From assembly GCA_964598685.1 (NCBI GenBank), contig CAZRCU010000002.1, forward strand, positions 1 through 33,029: DNA of 33,029 bases, in the 5' to 3' direction. Positions within the stretch are counted from its first letter, which is position 1, and each line of letters begins with the position of its first letter. This DNA is from an uncultured Bacteroides sp. GTDB taxonomy: Bacteria > Bacteroidota > Bacteroidia > Bacteroidales > Muribaculaceae. Below the pieces are notes generated by a model. The model worked only from the letters and a program-made list of their open reading frames with translations. It searched no databases and was not told the DNA's origin. Positions 26,957 to 33,029 of the stretch are shown here, piece after piece. Made by a program: the position numbers and the translations under genes.

Positions 26957-28924
26957 TTAGTTGGCAAAATCAACGCTTAGACCAAGCTGAAAGCGCGACG
27001 GATTCAGCGGATAATAGGGCATCGAGAAGTAGTCGCTGCCAAACCATCCTTTATTCACATGGGAATAAAGCACATAAAATCTGGTCTTGCTCAGCTTGAA
27101 GTTGGCATACACATTCATGAATGGATAGTTGCCCACTTTAATTTCTGATTGGCTGGCAAATGTCGACGTGGCCGGTTGATATGCCGGTGCATAGTATTTT
27201 GTATAGTAGTCGCAATCCACGCCCATTTGCACTTTAAGCGTTGCTACATGAAATTTTATGTATAGATTGGAATATATGGCCACCTTGGGCATGGGTATTA
27301 CATCCTGATTCGAGGTGGTCTGATATGTCACTTTGTTGTCCCAATGCAATATGCCGGCCTGAAGGCGCTGCATCAAGCTGGCGCTGAACAGCTGCACGCT
27401 GCCCGAATGCTGCTTTGGCAGGAAGTCCGAGCCAAAGTAGATGTGATTTTGAATGTTAGCTGCATCCACTGTGATTGTGGAGCCGGTGTGCGCAATGTCC
27501 AGTGTGCCGCCAAATCTCAGGTTGCGCTCCTTGCCAAAAGAATTTTCCCAAATGAAGTGATTTGAGATATAATGTTCGGCCAAATATGGCGCAGCAGTGT
27601 TGTGAAAAGAGCCGTGACCGTTTACGCTGACAGTGTCGCCAAATAGCGGAATGCGTGTGGTGAGGTTCCCGTCCAGCTCAATGTCGCCTGCGATTCGGCC
27701 CGAGATGCCAAATCGTGCTGTGGCATCATAGGTGAGAATTGAGCCATGCTGCTTGGTGAGCTGGCCGCCTACGCTCACATTGTGCTCGGTGGCGTTTGGC
27801 GCGATGCCTGTGATATTGGCCGGGAACGGCGTCAACGCCTCGTTCACGTCGGCATGCGCCAGCGTGTCAGGCGTCTGATCATATCTTACAATCTGGTAGG
27901 ATGCAAATGCTGCCAATCCGAATTTCGCATAGCGGTGAAAGCCTTCGAGTAGCGAGATTCCAATCGTGTTGTCGAGGCTCCAATATTTTGTGCGGTCGTC
28001 GGTGAATTTATCTGTAAGATATGTGTTGTCAAAGAATTTTGCAGTCTCCGAGGCGCTTTCATCGTGAAACACGTGGCGCGACGATTTAAAATTCATCGTG
28101 TAGATAAACGACGTCACAGGAATGTATGTGCGGCTAATCACCGAGTCGCCCTCGGTCTCTTCATGCCAATAGCCCACTTTATAGCGGTGGTTCATGTAGA
28201 ATTGCTGTCCGGCCATGCGCGTAAACGCATTGCTCAGATTCACCGGAATGCTCTTGGGATCTACCGATGTCACACCACCTTGCACCAAGGCCGGATCTGT
28301 GATGTATAGCGGCTCGGTGATGCCGCCGTTCTCTTGATTCACCAGGTTGTAGTGGTTGAAAAATCCCTGAAATTCGTATCTGTCGCCGATATATGAGCCA
28401 TTCAGCCCCCATGTCATGTTTTTGGCGGCCTGATGTTCATAGCATCCCTTTGAGTAGATATAGTCGAGCAGCGCCCCCACTTGAGCGCGGCGGTTGATAT
28501 TCCCTGAAAATTCAGCTGTTAATCTATCTTGTGTGTTCTCGCGTCCGCCCGCTGTGTTGTAGCTAAACAGTGTCATAGGGATGCGAGTGTTGTAAAATTT
28601 CATCTTATCGAGCGACGGCAGCCAATAATCAAGCGCATCGCGAAAGAAAAAGTCGCTCATTGGCACAGTCTCTGCCCACAGCATATTTTTGCCTTCCGCG
28701 CCAAAATTGCCGGTGGTGGCATAGGCGCTGGAAATCTCGGCCGGAATAGCTCGTTGGCCATAGTTGTCGGGTAGGGTGTCGATGGTGGCCTCTTGGTGTA
28801 GCCCGAGCGGCTCTGTAATCTGCCATGCCCACGATGGCTCCACCACTTGACGACGAGCCGACATTGATGCTGCAATCGTTGCCAATATTGCAATAGCTAC
28901 CGATGTCTTTAAAATCTTAGTCAT
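26957..28924 (-). CDS. Putative outer-membrane beta-barrel porin
   Basis: Signal peptide, NTRIPMT, ENGGI, GNYPFMNVYANFKL, C-terminal amphipathic strand. Confidence 0.8.
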   Translation of the reverse strand: MTKILKTSVAIAILATIAASMSARRQVVEPSWAWQITEPLGLHQEATIDTLPDNYGQRAIPAEISSAYATTGNFGAEGKNMLWAETVPMSDFFFRDALDYWLPSLDKMKFYNTRIPMTLFSYNTAGGRENTQDRLTAEFSGNINRRAQVGALLDYIYSKGCYEHQAAKNMTWGLNGSYIGDRYEFQGFFNHYNLVNQENGGITEPLYITDPALVQGGVTSVDPKSIPVNLSNAFTRMAGQQFYMNHRYKVGYWHEETEGDSVISRTYIPVTSFIYTMNFKSSRHVFHDESASETAKFFDNTYLTDKFTDDRTKYWSLDNTIGISLLEGFHRYAKFGLAAFASYQIVRYDQTPDTLAHADVNEALTPFPANITGIAPNATEHNVSVGGQLTKQHGSILTYDATARFGISGRIAGDIELDGNLTTRIPLFGDTVSVNGHGSFHNTAAPYLAEHYISNHFIWENSFGKERNLRFGGTLDIAHTGSTITVDAANIQNHIYFGSDFLPKQHSGSVQLFSASLMQRLQAGILHWDNKVTYQTTSNQDVIPMPKVAIYSNLYIKFHVATLKVQMGVDCDYYTKYYAPAYQPATSTFASQSEIKVGNYPFMNVYANFKLSKTRFYVLYSHVNKGWFGSDYFSMPYYPLNPSRFQLGLSVDFAN

Positions 28925-28945
28925 ACAATTGGCAAAGTTACAAAT

Positions 28946-29443
28946 TTATTTCGACAAACTGTTCTTTATAATAAAATGTATGTATTTGCATAAGTCGGTA
29001 TTGAGAATAGTTTGAATATTGGCCATTGCAATATCTGCTTTCTCGTGCTTGTTGGCATATTCCAATAATTGATTTGTAAGGTGCGCCACATAGTTTTCTT
29101 GTGCTTTCGACAGAATATAATCATGGGCTGCAAAGCCTATTGAATATAATGTGTACACCATGAGCTTCATCACAGAATCCGGATCTACGCCAAACGATTC
29201 AAATTCTTTTAGCGCACCCTTGATTTGGTTCACTCGTGCTTTTGAATACCCATGCTTGCTGCGGTTTAGCTCTTTGCGAATCTTTAAATCGTATTTTTCA
29301 AACAATGCGTCTACGTCAGGATTAAGAAAAAATTCAAAATATTCTTTTGTCTCCTTGCGAGCATCGTAGGCGTCGAGAATAATTTGTTGCAATTGATCTC
29401 GCGTCATGGTCTCTAACTCTTTACGTAGGGCGGCTTTTGACAT
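28946..29443 (-). CDS. Hypothetical helical protein (DUF6155-like)
   Basis: MSKAALRKEL...IILDAYDARKETKEYFEFFLNPD; minus-strand TACCTTTG promoter at 29464-29471. Confidence 0.7.
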   Translation of the reverse strand: MSKAALRKELETMTRDQLQQIILDAYDARKETKEYFEFFLNPDVDALFEKYDLKIRKELNRSKHGYSKARVNQIKGALKEFESFGVDPDSVMKLMVYTLYSIGFAAHDYILSKAQENYVAHLTNQLLEYANKHEKADIAMANIQTILNTDLCKYIHFIIKNSLSK

Positions 29444-29527
29444 ATATTTGGGTATTTTTCCTACAAAGGTAGTGAGAGTTGGCGTATAATGCAACAGGTG
29501 TCGCCGAGAATTATTAACTTTGCAATC

Positions 29528-30550
29528 ATGAAATCAATCAATCTAAAGAAAGTCTTTGCAATAATTATATGCTTGATTGCCGTCCTTGGGCTGTATTTCG
29601 TGCTGATGTGCAGCGCAAAATTTGATGGCGACCATCAAGTGAGAGTGTTTATCCCCGAAAATTCTACAGCCGAGGCCGCCGCTGATTCGCTCCGGTCTGC
29701 CCTTGGCGATGATTTTGGCGGCAAGGTGGTGGCGCTGTGGCGCTTGATGGGAATGGATGCTTCGGCCGGCCACGGCTCGTATGTAGTCGAGCCCGGGCAG
29801 CGTGCGGTAGTGGTGGCTCGTAGGCTTGATACCGGCCGCCAGACGCCTGTCACTGTCACTTTAAATAATATGCGCACCCTCGGCGATTTAGCCGACAAAC
29901 TCTCCGCAAAGCTCGAGGCTGATTCCGCCGATTTCAATGCGGCAATTGATGGTTTGATTAGCTCGGGTAGGGGCTACGAGCGCGTCGAACAATTGCCTGC
30001 GGCTTTTGTGCCTGATTCCTATGAATTTTATTGGACAGATTCGCCTGAGCACGTGGTTAATAAGCTGGTCGACTCTCGCGATGCCTTTTGGACCACCGAA
30101 CGCCGTGCCGCCGCTAAAAAAATGGGGCTTACTCCGGTTGAGGTGGCCATTGTGGCCTCAATCGTTGAGGAGGAATCAAACAAGGCCGACGAACGCCCGC
30201 TGATTGCGCGCCTTTATCTCAACCGCTATTTTAAAGGTATGAAATTGCAAGCCGACCCGACGGTGAAATTCGCCGTCGGCGACTTCTCGCTTCGTCGCAT
30301 CACCGGTAAGCATCTTGCAATTGATTCGCCCTACAACACCTATCGTAATCAAGGTCTGCCCCCGGGCCCGATTCGCATTGCCGAAAAGACCGCGATGGAT
30401 GCTGTGCTCAATGCGCCGCAACATTCATATCTATATATGTGTGCTAAAGAGGATTTCTCCGGCCGCCATAATTTTGCCGAAGATTATGCCACACACTTGC
30501 AAAATGCTCGCCGCTATCAAGAAGCGCTCAATCAGCGTGGAATCAAATAA
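29528..30550 (+). CDS. mltG: Endolytic transglycosylase MltG
   Basis: N-terminal TM, ASIVEEE, LQADPTV, SPYNTY, GLPPGPI, YLYMCA; ATG 29528 follows TAACTTTG. Confidence 0.95.
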   Translation: MKSINLKKVFAIIICLIAVLGLYFVLMCSAKFDGDHQVRVFIPENSTAEAAADSLRSALGDDFGGKVVALWRLMGMDASAGHGSYVVEPGQRAVVVARRLDTGRQTPVTVTLNNMRTLGDLADKLSAKLEADSADFNAAIDGLISSGRGYERVEQLPAAFVPDSYEFYWTDSPEHVVNKLVDSRDAFWTTERRAAAKKMGLTPVEVAIVASIVEEESNKADERPLIARLYLNRYFKGMKLQADPTVKFAVGDFSLRRITGKHLAIDSPYNTYRNQGLPPGPIRIAEKTAMDAVLNAPQHSYLYMCAKEDFSGRHNFAEDYATHLQNARRYQEALNQRGIK

Positions 30551-30560
30551 TCGGCGTGTC

Positions 30561-31409
30561 TTATCGCTGCTCAAACAATGCTTTTACCTTGGTGGGCGAT
30601 GCTCCCAGCTCAATTGCTCGCTTGGCGTCGCGCTGTGCGTCGTCGAGCAAGTATCTGTCGCGATTTAGCCACGCTTTATAGTAGTATAGCTCGGGGTCAT
30701 TGGGATATTTCTCAATGCCCTCACTGATTATTTCCGAGGCTTCGCCCAAATCATTTGTCACCAACAGGCAGCCGGCCAGGTTGGAATAATATTCCGCTGC
30801 CGGATCGGCCTCGATTAATCGCTTTAGATATGGGATTGCTTCCTTGTCGCGACCGGTGAGCGAGTATAATGTGCTAAGTGCCACAGCGGTGTCGTAGGAT
30901 TTTGGCGCCACACGATTCAGCACGTCAAAATCTTTCTCGGCGATTTCGCGTTTCCCGCCATATAGCGCCATCATGCCGTGGTAGTAGCGCGCAGTGGTTG
31001 ATATTGAATCAATCTCAATGCCGCGTGAAAATAGTTCGTATGCCTCGTAATCGCGACCAAGTTTGAGTAGCAACTTGCCCTTGCCGTTAATCACTGTCAG
31101 CATGGATGGAGCTATGTCGAGCGCGCGGTCGTATGTGGCAAGTGCCAGCGAGTCATTGCCGATATATGTGTAGACAGTGGCAAGATTGTTGAGCAGCAAC
31201 ACGTTCGACGGGCTATTGGGCTTTACTGCCATAGCGTCGCAAAGTCTTGCGGCCGCTTCCGGCCAGTTTTCTTCAGAGATAGCTCGATCGGCCTCACCCA
31301 TCAGGATAAAGTAGGGATCTTCTTCATAAATCGAGTCTGAGTCGTTGCCGGCATAGACTCCCATCGTGGCCAAAAGTGCCAATATCAATAGCGCAAATCG
31401 TGTCTTCAT
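30561..31409 (-). CDS. Exported TPR-repeat protein
   Basis: Signal peptide followed by several TPR units (A...P helix pairs). Confidence 0.88.
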   Translation of the reverse strand: MKTRFALLILALLATMGVYAGNDSDSIYEEDPYFILMGEADRAISEENWPEAAARLCDAMAVKPNSPSNVLLLNNLATVYTYIGNDSLALATYDRALDIAPSMLTVINGKGKLLLKLGRDYEAYELFSRGIEIDSISTTARYYHGMMALYGGKREIAEKDFDVLNRVAPKSYDTAVALSTLYSLTGRDKEAIPYLKRLIEADPAAEYYSNLAGCLLVTNDLGEASEIISEGIEKYPNDPELYYYKAWLNRDRYLLDDAQRDAKRAIELGASPTKVKALFEQR

Positions 31410-31459
31410 GCTGCAAAATTAGGCTAACGGCTTATCACCACCAAATAATTAACAAAAAT

Positions 31460-32623
31460 TCAGTGGGTGGCTTTATACCATTTGGTGTCAGACAGTGCGC
31501 TCGCATGGCTATTTGTGCTGAAATCCGATGTGTTAAGCCCGCTATACGTGTTAATCTTTATAGCCGTCCCCAACAATGATGTGTAATACATTTTTGTGTG
31601 GGCTTTATGCGGCACTAATACATTCAGCTGTACCAAAAATTTGTTGTACAGGTCGTTATCGGTGCATTTGTGCTTGATTACATCCTCGAAATCATAGAAA
31701 ATCGGAGGTGTGTACCCGTCCAATCTTTGGATGTCGTCAACGTCCACTTGGTCTGTGCTGCCATACAAATTAATTTCTTTCACAATTTCTGCCATCGCAT
31801 CAAGCTCGGTGCAATCGGTCACAGCGATTGTGCCGTAAGGATAGCCGTAACTGCTGTAAAAATTGTAAAACTCGTTGCAAATGGCCGAATAATCAGGCGT
31901 GCCTATCAGGTAGCGGCCACACGTCTGATACGGGAACCCGTAGGCCATAATCTCGGTAGGGCATGCAATCAGATAATGCGTCACATCTTTTAGCTCATAG
32001 GCCGCTTCAATCGACGACATATAGCAGTCGTCAAAAAGCATATATTCCAACGTCATATCAGCATCCTGCAAGCTCTGAGCAAACGTGGAAATTTCTATTT
32101 GGTATTCGCTTGTCTTGCCACCGAAATAGCGAGTGAGCGGCACCCCGGTCACGTCGTAATGCATAATGTCGCCGACTCTTGATTTGCCGCTTTTTGATTG
32201 AATCGGAATCCAAGCCACGCCGTGGCCTCCCACAATCATGCTATATTTCTCTGTCGGAGATATGCTCTTTATTTTGTTAAAGATAGTGGCCAAGCTCTCT
32301 TCCGAGGTAAACGTGTCGCTATTGTAGGTGAAAAGAGTATCGCTCACACACGTCCCATCTATGTTTTTAAGCTCGATAAATTTGCCTACGGTAGGCTCGG
32401 TGGCTATGAAAATAATCACACGTTCCTTATTCGTTTTATACTTGGCAACAGATGTGGAAAAATCCTTGATATTCTGTATGAAATACGACTTTAAGTCGGT
32501 GCTCCACGGATAAAACATAATAATTGTTGATTCCGGAGTGCTCTGAGGCTCCGGCTCAATAACTTCTGAGCTACATGAATATAAGGTTATTGCCAAAATA
32601 ATTGCGTACAGTATGTTTTTCAT
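31460..32623 (-). CDS. Clostripain-family (C11) cysteine peptidase lipoprotein
   Basis: Lipobox LYSC; catalytic His in GGHGVAW and Cys in FDDCYM; PTEIMAYGFPY; promoter TATCTTTG at 32647-32654 (-). Confidence 0.9.
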   Translation of the reverse strand: MKNILYAIILAITLYSCSSEVIEPEPQSTPESTIIMFYPWSTDLKSYFIQNIKDFSTSVAKYKTNKERVIIFIATEPTVGKFIELKNIDGTCVSDTLFTYNSDTFTSEESLATIFNKIKSISPTEKYSMIVGGHGVAWIPIQSKSGKSRVGDIMHYDVTGVPLTRYFGGKTSEYQIEISTFAQSLQDADMTLEYMLFDDCYMSSIEAAYELKDVTHYLIACPTEIMAYGFPYQTCGRYLIGTPDYSAICNEFYNFYSSYGYPYGTIAVTDCTELDAMAEIVKEINLYGSTDQVDVDDIQRLDGYTPPIFYDFEDVIKHKCTDNDLYNKFLVQLNVLVPHKAHTKMYYTSLLGTAIKINTYSGLNTSDFSTNSHASALSDTKWYKATH

Positions 32624-32813
32624 AATTATAAAGCTGAATCACAACACAAAGATAACAAATAATTCTCAAATCTCAATATTTCAAACATCTGCCCAATAAA
32701 AAATTAGCAAAAAAACTTGACAGCGAATAAAAAAAGTATTAAATTCGCTGTGAATTTCAAATTCACTTTCACTTTTTGAGTGACACACAATTATCTCGTA
32801 ACCCCAAGTATAT

Positions 32814-32861
32814 AGCTCTTGCATGGCTCCGCTTACTTCGTGCAAGAGCTTTTTTTTATTT
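32814..32861 (+). terminator. Intrinsic terminator of a short plus-strand transcript
   Basis: AGCTCTTGCA...TGCAAGAGCT stem followed by TTTTTTTATTTT. Confidence 0.8.
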
Positions 32862-32917
32862 TCACACGCCAATCGCCCCACAGGCGTATCCATTGCCCAA
32901 TCGCGCATCCATTGCCG

Positions 32918-32941
32918 GTAGGGATGCACCATGGTGCATCC
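32918..32941 (+). repeat. GTAG-family REP-like element
   Basis: GTAG followed by the perfect 20-bp palindrome GGATGCACCATGGTGCATCC. Confidence 0.7.
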
Positions 32942-33029
32942 TCAATCCAACGCACTGTAAATCAACACGATAGCAAAAATACGCATTCACTCGCGTGGGC
33001 CCGCAACACATCCATACCGGTGGAATCGG

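Noticed and set aside
296-32513. Many antisense or alternate-frame ORFs (e.g. 521-1192, 1047-1754, 11548-12081, 18369-19016, 22856-23572, 25634-26101)
   Set aside because: They overlap well-supported genes, carry no recognisable motifs, and are typical shadow ORFs
32681-32973. ORFs 32681-32932 (-) and 32776-32973 (+)
   Set aside because: They cross a promoter, terminator and REP palindrome and show no protein-like features
1-33029. CRISPR array, rRNA or IS transposase
   Set aside because: No regularly spaced repeat-spacer series, rRNA signatures or DDE/HUH transposase ORFs were seen

Overview
Bacteroidales (Muribaculaceae-like) chromosomal window, judged from gene content and many TAnnTTTG -7 promoter boxes. 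Left: serC-serA operon, a minimal Wza-Wzc-Wzy-Wzx polysaccharide export cassette, a MetE-C-like protein that has lost most Zn ligands, a TPR/GT4 pair and a MINPP-type phytase. Centre (about 12.4-16.6 kb) is an AT-richer accessory zone. It holds an unannotated 24-aa ORF in a structured transcript, nested inverted repeats, two orphan envelope proteins, a stand-alone tyrosine integrase bracketed by GGGGACTA repeats at the 3' end of a tRNA(CAT), and an 85-aa RHH-like ORF. Right: an AraC-controlled TolC/HlyD/MFS efflux operon with tandem operator repeats, MATE, OstA-like, SurA, putative porin, MltG, TPR protein, clostripain lipoprotein, and a terminal short transcript/attenuator candidate followed by a GTAG-type REP. 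All calls are from reading the sequence; no searches were run.
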